NCBI GenBank assembly: GCA_001805695.1
Contig: MHGT01000007.1
Coordinates: forward strand, 19,001 to 51,068
DNA: 32,068 nt
Source of the DNA: Omnitrophica WOR_2 bacterium RIFCSPHIGHO2_02_FULL_67_20
Lineage (GTDB): Bacteria; Omnitrophota; Gorgyraeia; Aquiviventales; Aquiviventaceae
Direction: 5' to 3'
Shown here: piece after piece, positions 21,755-28,675 of the stretch
Layout: each line of letters starts with the position of its first letter
How positions within the stretch are numbered: position 1 is the stretch's first letter
Made by a program: the position numbers and the translations under genes
The notes under the pieces: generated by a model
What the model was told of the DNA's origin: nothing
The model's database searches: none
The model's input: the letters and a program-made list of their open reading frames with translations, nothing else

Positions 21755-23464
21755 ATGATCACCCGATCGGCGGTTTCCCGTCCCTCCTCATGGCTGGCCG
21801 ACTGCAGCGTGGTGGCGCTGCTCGCCGCCCTGCTCTACGGAGTGGTGCAGGTGGGCCGGCACTGGCAGGCGCCGCTCCAGCTGCGGGTGGACATTGACCT
21901 GAGCCTGTGGGCGCTGCCCGGCTATACCCTGCTGTCGCTCTTGCGGGGTAGTGCCGCCTACGGCGTCTCGCTGGGGTTGGCCCTCGCCTACGGCTACACC
22001 GCCGCGCACCGGCCGCGCGCCGAGCGGCTCCTCCTGCCGCTGCTGGACGTCCTGCAGTCCATCCCGGTGCTCGGCTTCCTGCCCGGTGCGGTCCTCGTCC
22101 TGGTGGCGCTCTTCCCCCGCACCAACACCGGTCTGGAACTCGCCTCTATCCTCATGATCGTCACGAGCCAGGTCTGGAACCTCGCGTTCAGCTTCTACCA
22201 GTCGCTGCGCGGTATTCCCCTCGAGCTTCGGGAAGCTTCGCGGGTCTACCAGTTCAACTGGTGGCAGTGCTTCCGCCGCGTCGAGCTGCCCGCCGCCGCG
22301 GTCGGCCTGGCGTGGAACAGCATGATGGCGATGGCCGGCGGGTGGTTCTTCCTCATGGTGTGCGAGTCGTTCACGCTGGGCTCCCACGACTTCCGCCTCC
22401 CGGGCCTGGGCGCCTACATGAGTGCCGCGATTAGCCAGCGCTCCACGCGAGCTATCGTCGCCGGTCTGGCCGCCATGGTGGTGATGATCACGCTCGTGGA
22501 CCTGTGCGTCTGGCGGCCGGTCCTGGTCTGGGTGCAAAAGTTCCGCATGGAAGAGACGGCGGCTGGAGGCCGGCGGGAGACGCTCCTCCTGACGTGGCTC
22601 CGCCACTCGTGGTTGGCGCGCTCGGCGATGGCCACGGTGGCGCATCCCATCAGCGAGTGGCTCGCGACCGCTACCCATCCGCTCCACGAGCCGCCGGCCC
22701 CTCCGGTGGTGGCGGCCCGCGCGGCGCGTGTGCTGAGCTGGCTGGGTGCCGCCCTCGGTGGTCTCCTCATCATCTGGGCGGCCGTCCGGCTGGTCCGGCT
22801 GCTCGGCGGGCTGAGCCTGGCTGAATGGCTGGATGTGCTGGCCGGGTCGGCGCTGACGTGCGTGCGGGTTTTCGCGGCGGTCCTGCTCGGCAGTCTGTGG
22901 GTGATCCCGGTGGGGATCTGGATCGGCCGGTCGGAGCAATGGCGCAGCCGCTTCCAGCCGCTGGTGCAGATCGCCGCGTCGTTTCCCGCCCCGATGCTCT
23001 ATCCCTTGATCCTCCTCACGCTCCATGCGCTGGGGTGGGGGTTGGGGGTCGGGGCGGTGCTCTTCATGCTCATCGGGACCCAGTGGTATATGCTGTTCAA
23101 CGTGCTCGCCGGAGTCTCCGCCGTGCCCACGGAGCTGCGAGAGGCGGCCCGGGCGTATCGCTTCACCTCGAGCCAGCGGTGGCGCGTCGTCTGGTGGCCG
23201 GCAGTGTTCCCCTACCTCATCACGGGATGGGTCACGGCGGCCGGGAGCGCCTGGAACGCCAGCATCGTCGCGGAGTACGTGTCCGTTGGGCCGCAGATCT
23301 TCGTGACGAAGGGGCTGGGCTCGCTGATTTCGCTCGCCGCCAGCCAGGGCCGCTATGATGTGCTCTCGGCCGGCGTGCTGACGATGGCGGTCCTGGTCGT
23401 CCTCATCAACCGGTACCTGTGGAAGCCGCTCTACCGGCTTGCTGAAACGCGCTACGCGCTCTGA
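21755..23464 (+). CDS. NitT/TauT-family ABC transporter permease with two TM domains
   Basis: LDVLQSIPVLGFLP, QVWNLAFSFYQS, WNSMM.MAGGWFFL, SFPAPML, GTQWY.LFNV.AG, AWNASIVAEY. Confidence 0.92.
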   Translation: MITRSAVSRPSSWLADCSVVALLAALLYGVVQVGRHWQAPLQLRVDIDLSLWALPGYTLLSLLRGSAAYGVSLGLALAYGYTAAHRPRAERLLLPLLDVLQSIPVLGFLPGAVLVLVALFPRTNTGLELASILMIVTSQVWNLAFSFYQSLRGIPLELREASRVYQFNWWQCFRRVELPAAAVGLAWNSMMAMAGGWFFLMVCESFTLGSHDFRLPGLGAYMSAAISQRSTRAIVAGLAAMVVMITLVDLCVWRPVLVWVQKFRMEETAAGGRRETLLLTWLRHSWLARSAMATVAHPISEWLATATHPLHEPPAPPVVAARAARVLSWLGAALGGLLIIWAAVRLVRLLGGLSLAEWLDVLAGSALTCVRVFAAVLLGSLWVIPVGIWIGRSEQWRSRFQPLVQIAASFPAPMLYPLILLTLHALGWGLGVGAVLFMLIGTQWYMLFNVLAGVSAVPTELREAARAYRFTSSQRWRVVWWPAVFPYLITGWVTAAGSAWNASIVAEYVSVGPQIFVTKGLGSLISLAASQGRYDVLSAGVLTMAVLVVLINRYLWKPLYRLAETRYAL

Positions 23465-23477
23465 CGCGACACCCGCC

Positions 23478-24815
23478 ATGCCTGCTGAGACGCCGAACGG
23501 ACACGACCCGCTCGTGAAGCTCGCGAGCGTCGGACACGTGTTTTCGCTGCCGTCCGGCAAGCCGCTCCCGGTCCTGGAAGACATCAACCTCACGCTCGCC
23601 GAGCAGGAGCTGGTGGTTATCCTGGGGCCCTCGGGCTGCGGGAAGTCGACGATCGTGCGCATCGCCGCCGGGCTCCTGAGCCCCACCCACGGCGAGGTGA
23701 CGTACCGCGGACGCCCGGTGCTCGAACCCAACCCGCACGTCGCACTCGTCTTCCAGCAGTTCGCGCTCTTTCCCTGGCTGACCGTCGCCCAGAACATCGA
23801 GCAAGCACTCCTGCCTCAAGGGGTCGGCGCCGACGCCCGGCGCCATCGCGTGGCCGAGGTCATCTCGCTCATCGGGCTGGACGGATTTGAGGAGGCCTAC
23901 CCCCGCGAGCTCTCCAGTGGGATGAAGCAGCGCGTCGGCATCGCCCGGGCGCTGGTGGTGCAGCCCGAGCTGCTCTGCATGGACGAGCCGTTCAGCCAGG
24001 TGGATGCGCTCACCGCGGAGACGCTGCGCAACGAGGTCATCAGCCTCTGGCGGGACACCCGCAAATCGCCCCGCGCCATCCTCCTCGTCAGCCACGACAT
24101 CCACGAGGCGGTCTTCATGGCGAGCCGTATCCTCATCATGTCCGCCAATCCCGGCCGTCTCAAAGCCGCCATCGAGAACCCGATGCCCTATCCGCGCGAC
24201 CCGCGCTCGAGCGCCTACCAGGCGCTGGTGGACCGCCTCCACGACGCCATCACCGGCGTGTACCTGCCGGAGCAGGCGGCCGAGTCCCGGCCGGCCACCA
24301 TCCTGGCCGGGCTCCTGGGCCTTTCGGCGATCACCTCCATTCCGATGGTCGAGGTGCGTGAGGTGATCGGCCTCTTGGACGCGGTCCGGAGCCAGGGCGG
24401 GGACGTGGAGTTTTTCCGGCTCACGGCGGAGCTGGGGCGGGCGTTCACGCGGATCCTCCTGGCCGCCAAGGCCGCGGAGCTCCTGCAATTCCTGGAGACG
24501 CCCCATGACCACCTCGTGCTGACGGAGCGGGGACGCCAGTTCCTGGCCGCCCCCCGCGCGATGCGCAAGCAGCTCTTCCGCGAGCAGCTCCTCCAGGTGC
24601 CGCTGGTAAAGCGGGTGCGGGAGATGCTGGAGCACAGCCCCGAGCACCGCCTGGCCAAGGACATCCTGCTGGAAGAGCTGGCCATCCAGTGCCCGCAGGA
24701 GGACCCGAAACGGCTCTTGCGCATCCTGAGCAACTGGGGCCGCTTCGCGGACCTCTGGACGTCGACCGCCGAGCGCGGCACGCTCACCCTGCTGGGCACC
24801 GCAGCGCCCAAATGA
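23478..24815 (+). CDS. NitT/TauT-family ABC ATP-binding protein with C-terminal associated domain
   Basis: GPSGCGKS, FQQFALFPWL, LSSGMKQRV, MDEPFS..D.LTAETLR, WGRFA.L C-terminus. Confidence 0.93.
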   Translation: MPAETPNGHDPLVKLASVGHVFSLPSGKPLPVLEDINLTLAEQELVVILGPSGCGKSTIVRIAAGLLSPTHGEVTYRGRPVLEPNPHVALVFQQFALFPWLTVAQNIEQALLPQGVGADARRHRVAEVISLIGLDGFEEAYPRELSSGMKQRVGIARALVVQPELLCMDEPFSQVDALTAETLRNEVISLWRDTRKSPRAILLVSHDIHEAVFMASRILIMSANPGRLKAAIENPMPYPRDPRSSAYQALVDRLHDAITGVYLPEQAAESRPATILAGLLGLSAITSIPMVEVREVIGLLDAVRSQGGDVEFFRLTAELGRAFTRILLAAKAAELLQFLETPHDHLVLTERGRQFLAAPRAMRKQLFREQLLQVPLVKRVREMLEHSPEHRLAKDILLEELAIQCPQEDPKRLLRILSNWGRFADLWTSTAERGTLTLLGTAAPK

Positions 24816-25531
24816 TGCGCCTGCGAAAACCCCGCTTCCTGTTCGTCTACCCGCTGGCCGCGCTGCTCTTTACGGTCGGCCGCATCACCGAGCGGAATCT
24901 GCGGCTGGGCATCCTGCTGATTGCGCTCGGGGAGGCGGTGCGCCTTTGGGCCAACGGCTATGTCGGCCACGTCAAGGTCAACTGGACGGAGCAATCACGC
25001 GGGGACGCCAAGATCGGCCGGTTGATCACCGGGGGGCCCTACGCCTTCGTCCGGCACCCGCTTTACCTCGGGACGGCCGTGATCGGAGCGGGGTTCTGCC
25101 TCATCGTCGGCAGTGTCTGGCTCGCACTCCCGGCGTTCGCCGGCTTTCTGCTCATCTACCGGGTGAAGATGACCGAGGAGGAACGGACTCTGCTGAATGA
25201 ATGGGACAGCACGTACCAGCACTACCATAACGCGGTGCCCCGGTTGATGCCGTGGCGCCCGCGCTATCGGGATCGGCACGGGCGGTGGAGCTGGAAGGGG
25301 GTGGCGGCCAGCAAGGAGTGGAAGACCGCCATCTGGGTGACGGTCATGGTGATCCTGCTCTATTTCTGGGAGGAGGCGGTGCAGCAGCGCGAGCCGCTCT
25401 TCGAGAAGCGCTGGGTCCTGCACGCGTGCCTGCTGGTGGTCCTCGTGGCGCTGATGGCGACCGACGGCCTCGTCGAGCTCATCAAGCGGCGGGGACGGGC
25501 GGGCCGCAGCGCACAGCCAGTTCATAAATAG
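24812..25531 (+). CDS. ICMT/PEMT-family membrane methyltransferase
   Basis: RLWANG, LITGGPYAFVRHPLYLG, EE..L, Y...VPR. Confidence 0.88.
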   Translation: MMRLRKPRFLFVYPLAALLFTVGRITERNLRLGILLIALGEAVRLWANGYVGHVKVNWTEQSRGDAKIGRLITGGPYAFVRHPLYLGTAVIGAGFCLIVGSVWLALPAFAGFLLIYRVKMTEEERTLLNEWDSTYQHYHNAVPRLMPWRPRYRDRHGRWSWKGVAASKEWKTAIWVTVMVILLYFWEEAVQQREPLFEKRWVLHACLLVVLVALMATDGLVELIKRRGRAGRSAQPVHK

Positions 25532-25542
25532 AGAAGTTGAGC

Positions 25543-26316
25543 ATGGCGCCGCCTCTGCATTTCACTGAGCAGGGCACTGGAACCGCGCTGCTGCTCCTGC
25601 ACGCGTTCCCGCTGTCGCACGCGATGTGGAGCGGGGAGCTCGCGCGCTTTGCGACGATGCGGCGCGTGATCACGCCTGATTTGCCGGGGTTCGGCCGCTC
25701 GCCGCGGCTCACCACACCGTCCATTCCCGCCATGGCCCGGGCGGTGGCCGCGCTGCTGGATGGGCTGGGCATCCGCGAGCCGGTGATGCTGGGCGGCCTC
25801 TCCATGGGCGGCTACGTCGCGCTCGAGTTCTTCCGGCAGTTTCCCGATCGGGTGAAGGCGCTGGGGCTCTTCTCCACGCGGGCCGCGCCAGACTCGCCGG
25901 AGCAGCGCGCGGGGCGCCTGCAGTTGGCCGGCCAGCTCGCGCGGGACGGCATCGAGGCACTGATGCAGACCGCCGTTCCGAAATTACTGGGGCCAACAAC
26001 GAGGGCCCGCCGGCCCGCGGTGGCGGAGCAGGTCGAGCGGGCCGCCCGGGCGGCGAGCGTGGACGGTGTTGCCGATGCGCTGCGCGCCATGGCCGCGCGC
26101 GCGGATTCGCGGCCCCTGCTCGCCGCCATTGGGTGTCCGACGCTGGTCGTGGCCGGCGGCGAGGACCGAGTGATTCCCGTTGCTGAGAGCGAAGCGATGG
26201 CCAAGGCGATTCCCGGTGCTCAGCTCGCAGTGATCCCGGAGGCCGGCCATGTGGTCAACCTCGAGCAGCCGGATGCGTTTCAGGGCATTGTGGAAGCCTG
26301 GATCCGTCACAATTGA
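25543..26316 (+). CDS. Alpha/beta fold hydrolase
   Basis: LHAFP, PDLPGFG.S, GLSMGG nucleophile elbow, GGED, AGHVVNLE. Confidence 0.95.
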   Translation: MAPPLHFTEQGTGTALLLLHAFPLSHAMWSGELARFATMRRVITPDLPGFGRSPRLTTPSIPAMARAVAALLDGLGIREPVMLGGLSMGGYVALEFFRQFPDRVKALGLFSTRAAPDSPEQRAGRLQLAGQLARDGIEALMQTAVPKLLGPTTRARRPAVAEQVERAARAASVDGVADALRAMAARADSRPLLAAIGCPTLVVAGGEDRVIPVAESEAMAKAIPGAQLAVIPEAGHVVNLEQPDAFQGIVEAWIRHN

Positions 26317-26323
26317 AAGGAAA

Positions 26324-26351
26324 GGTGCCAGCTACCGCGGTGCCTGGCACC
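26324..26351. repeat. GC-rich hairpin (REP-like) at the core/accessory boundary
   Basis: GGTGCCAG ... CTGGCACC perfect 8-bp arms; no U-tract on the + strand. Confidence 0.55.
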
Positions 26352-26390
26352 GGGCTGAAGAAGATAAACGGCTGTGGCGAATAAGACCTC

Positions 26391-26419
26391 TTGCCAAGTG
26401 ATAACAGATATGTTATCAT
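26391..26419 (+). promoter_or_regulatory. Sigma70 promoter with overlapping palindromic operator
   Basis: TTGCCA, 17 bp, TATCAT; TGATAACA-gata-TGTTATCA at 26399-26418. Confidence 0.75.
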
Positions 26420-26437
26420 TCTATCGGAGTCAGATCA

Positions 26438-26570
26438 GTGCTGGAAGTCCTGTACTACCCTGAAGGGAGCCGCGTGGCTGGTTCACAGCGTTGAGAAGAA
26501 GAGCGCGAAAACGCCAAGGGATGATCTTGAGCTCGCAAGAAGGAGGCTAAAGGAGGTGACGGCTCGATGA
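26438..26570 (+). pseudogene. Internally deleted RelE/HigB (Gp49-like) toxin
   Basis: N-terminal MLEVLYYPEG joined out of frame to WLVHSVEKKSAKTPRDDLELARRRLKEVTAR*; stop overlaps the antitoxin ATG. Confidence 0.8.
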
Positions 26571-26869
26571 GAGGCTTCGACAAGCACTTGCATGAACTAC
26601 TGGAAGCGCACCCGGAAGCGGCATTGGAGCACGCCAAGCTGTTCGCCGAGCTTCCGCTGCCGACGCAGCTGGCCATCATGCGCCGCCGAAGGAAGCTGTC
26701 TCAACGCGCCTTGGCAAGAAAGCTGAGGGTGCGTCAGCCTCATGTGGCTCGGACCGAAAGCGTCCGTCACGACCCACGCATCTCCTCGGTTGTCCGGGCC
26801 GCTAAAGCGGTTCGCTGCCATGTTCTGCTCGTACCGGATGAAGAGCTAAAACGGATCGCGGTGGCGTAA
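26567..26869 (+). CDS. XRE/HTH antitoxin (HigA-like)
   Basis: RRRRKLSQRALARKL.VRQPHVAR.E; AAGGAGGT RBS; follows the toxin remnant. Confidence 0.88.
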   Translation: MRGFDKHLHELLEAHPEAALEHAKLFAELPLPTQLAIMRRRRKLSQRALARKLRVRQPHVARTESVRHDPRISSVVRAAKAVRCHVLLVPDEELKRIAVA

Positions 26870-26885
26870 CAGTCAGGCGTTATTC

Positions 26886-26918
26886 ACGGCCCGTCGGATG
26901 ACCGGCGGGCCGTTTTTG
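26886..26918 (+). terminator. Intrinsic terminator
   Basis: ACGGCCCGTCGG-atga-CCGGCGGGCCGT followed by TTTT. Confidence 0.8.
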
Positions 26919-27133
26919 TGTCCGTGAGAAGCAGGTAGGAGTAAAATAAACTGGTTACTTGTGCCCGGCGCAAGATGGCGCTGAAGCTGCTGAAGGAACT
27001 GAATGGGTATGAATAAGTGTTTCAGCGCGAGCAGGAAATGGTAATGTGGCATCGGAAGTTCCCTGGAATTCCTTGATCATTCCTAAGGTGGTGCCGGATA
27101 AGCAGTGGTCCGTGACGACCCGAGAGCAGTCTG

Positions 27134-27757
27134 ATGAGCAACCAAAGAGCCAATAGCGGAGAGCATGATGCTTGGAGAGTGCTCTTGCCGGTCATCATTG
27201 GTGGAGTGCTCGCAACAGTTGGCGGCATCGTAAGCCAGTATTGTGCGTCGCAGTTTCAATTCTCGACTGAAGCTCGCATCGAGAAGATTCAGGAACAGCG
27301 CCAGGTCTTTGCGCGGCTCATGGGGCGGAAGTTTGCCACCAAGCAACTGCATGTCTCTCGTTACGAGGCGCTCGTCTTTTCTGATTATCACGAGGCGCGT
27401 TGGAAGCGCGCTGGCTCGCCGAACGATTCTCTCGACCTGCAAGAGGCACAGCGCTGGATGCACCGTAGCGAGGATCTTGTTTTCGAGATCGTAAGGAACA
27501 ACCAAATCCTCTTTGAAGACATCGGAGTCGCCCGTGCGCTGTTCCCCAATACGCCGCGCCTTCGCGAATTGGTGGATCGGATTTACAGCTTCAAGGCCCT
27601 GAAAATGTCACAACCTCCAGATGATGCTTCGTTGGAGGAGTTGGTCCAGTGGAAGGACGAGTCTGTTCGGCAGCTACAGTCGGTGGTTGATCGCGAATAC
27701 GGAGAACCAATCGATGAGCTTCTGGTCTACCTCTCGCAGCAGCTTCCGATGGATTGA
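27134..27757 (+). CDS. Hypothetical protein with one N-terminal TM helix
   Basis: 207-aa ORF with hydrophobic VLLPVIIGGVLATVGGIVS followed by a helical soluble region; family not recognised. Confidence 0.75.
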   Translation: MSNQRANSGEHDAWRVLLPVIIGGVLATVGGIVSQYCASQFQFSTEARIEKIQEQRQVFARLMGRKFATKQLHVSRYEALVFSDYHEARWKRAGSPNDSLDLQEAQRWMHRSEDLVFEIVRNNQILFEDIGVARALFPNTPRLRELVDRIYSFKALKMSQPPDDASLEELVQWKDESVRQLQSVVDREYGEPIDELLVYLSQQLPMD

Positions 27758-27842
27758 GTTCGGTGGCGGAGCTCTCGAAAGATTTGCCTAACCGAGGTAT
27801 ACACCCGGAACGGAATTCCGGTGACACAATACTATTTCCGAA

Positions 27843-27878
27843 ATGAATAAGCCTCTCGCGGTCGTTACGTACGGATGT
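27843..27878 (+). pseudogene. miaB: miaB-like 5' fragment 1 (MNKPLAVVTYGC)
   Basis: ATG AAT AAG CCT CTC GCG GTC GTT ACG TAC GGA TGT, then unrelated sequence to TAA 27920; same Met-to-TYG spacing as the other fragments. Confidence 0.6.
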
Positions 27879-27921
27879 TCCCTCGACTTGCTCTGCGGCC
27901 GCTTCGCGGCCGTCAAATAAA

Positions 27922-28086
27922 ATGTGGATGAGGGGTCCGGTTGTTCCCTCGTCGCGGATCTCGGCCGTCGGCCTCGACCGCTCCTCAGTTTGGGAGGAAC
28001 ACCTTAGTAATATGTGGATGTGGGGTCCGGTTGTTGCCTCGTCGGAGATCTCCGCCTTCGGCGTCGACTCCTCCTCGGCATCAACC
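27922..28086. repeat. Two 65-bp direct repeats (period 90) folding into covarying hairpins
   Basis: 27922-27986 versus 28012-28076: 56/65 identical by my count, with 6 of the 9 differences forming three compensatory pairs. Confidence 0.85.
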
Positions 28087-28150
28087 ATAGGTCTGGAGTG
28101 AGGATGGTCCTCAGATGAGTAAGAGCATTTTTCTCCAGACCTATGGTTGA
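28081..28150. repeat. Perfect 18-bp inverted repeat
   Basis: TCAACCATAGGTCTGGAG (28081-98) / CTCCAGACCTATGGTTGA (28133-50). Confidence 0.95.
28115..28150 (+). pseudogene. miaB: miaB-like 5' fragment 2 (MSKSIFLQTYG*)
   Basis: Aligns without gaps to MTKSIHLITYGC; GAGGA RBS at 28100-04; TGA at the Cys position. Confidence 0.75.
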
Positions 28151-28294
28151 CCATATGTGTCTAAAAGGGGGATTCCTGATAGGGAGATTTGGTGGAGGAG
28201 ACCAAGAAGGCTTGGTAGCGCTTCCTTAGTGCTTCAGACGGTGGCTGAGGGGTTGCAGGTGGCGCTGGCCTCGACGTAACCAGGGAGCCGTAAA

Positions 28295-28675
28295 ATGGTG
28301 GTCAACGAGGCGTTCGGCTGGTTGTGGATTGTGCTGGGTTTCGCTTCAGGAACGCTCCTGGGGCTGAAGTTCCAGAGCGAAAGCTGGCTGGGAGGCTACG
28401 GTTCTCACAGACGGCGACTGATTCGCCTGGGCCACATTTCCTTCCTGGGACTTGGATTTTTGAACATCCTGTTCGCACATAGTCTTCCGCAACTTCGCCT
28501 GAGCCAGGCATGGTTATCGCTGGCTTCGTGGAGTTTGATGCTCGGAGGTGTGACCATGCCAGTGTGCTGTGGCTTGATGGCATGGCGGAAGAATCTGCAA
28601 CCAATTTTCGCCATCCCAGTCGTTGCCCTTCTCATCGGTGCGTTCCTGGTGCTGATCGGTATGGTGCAGCCATGA
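28295..28675 (+). CDS. Hypothetical 4-TM membrane protein
   Basis: Four hydrophobic segments, LGGYGS.RRRLIRLGH motif, GGAG RBS, ATGA coupling to the next gene. Confidence 0.85.
   Translation: MVVNEAFGWLWIVLGFASGTLLGLKFQSESWLGGYGSHRRRLIRLGHISFLGLGFLNILFAHSLPQLRLSQAWLSLASWSLMLGGVTMPVCCGLMAWRKNLQPIFAIPVVALLIGAFLVLIGMVQP

Noticed and set aside
27873-28090. CRISPR array
   Set aside because: Only two long, imperfect repeats with one short spacer and no cas genes; covariation fits a structured repeat better.
27591-28154. 187-aa minus-strand ORF with an internal repeat
   Set aside because: The repeat is a translation of the hairpin repeats, whose differences are compensatory rather than synonymous; the ORF also overlaps the + strand gene.
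28510-28671. N-terminal extension of the radical SAM ORF
   Set aside because: It overlaps the membrane protein gene; ATGA coupling indicates the start is 28672.
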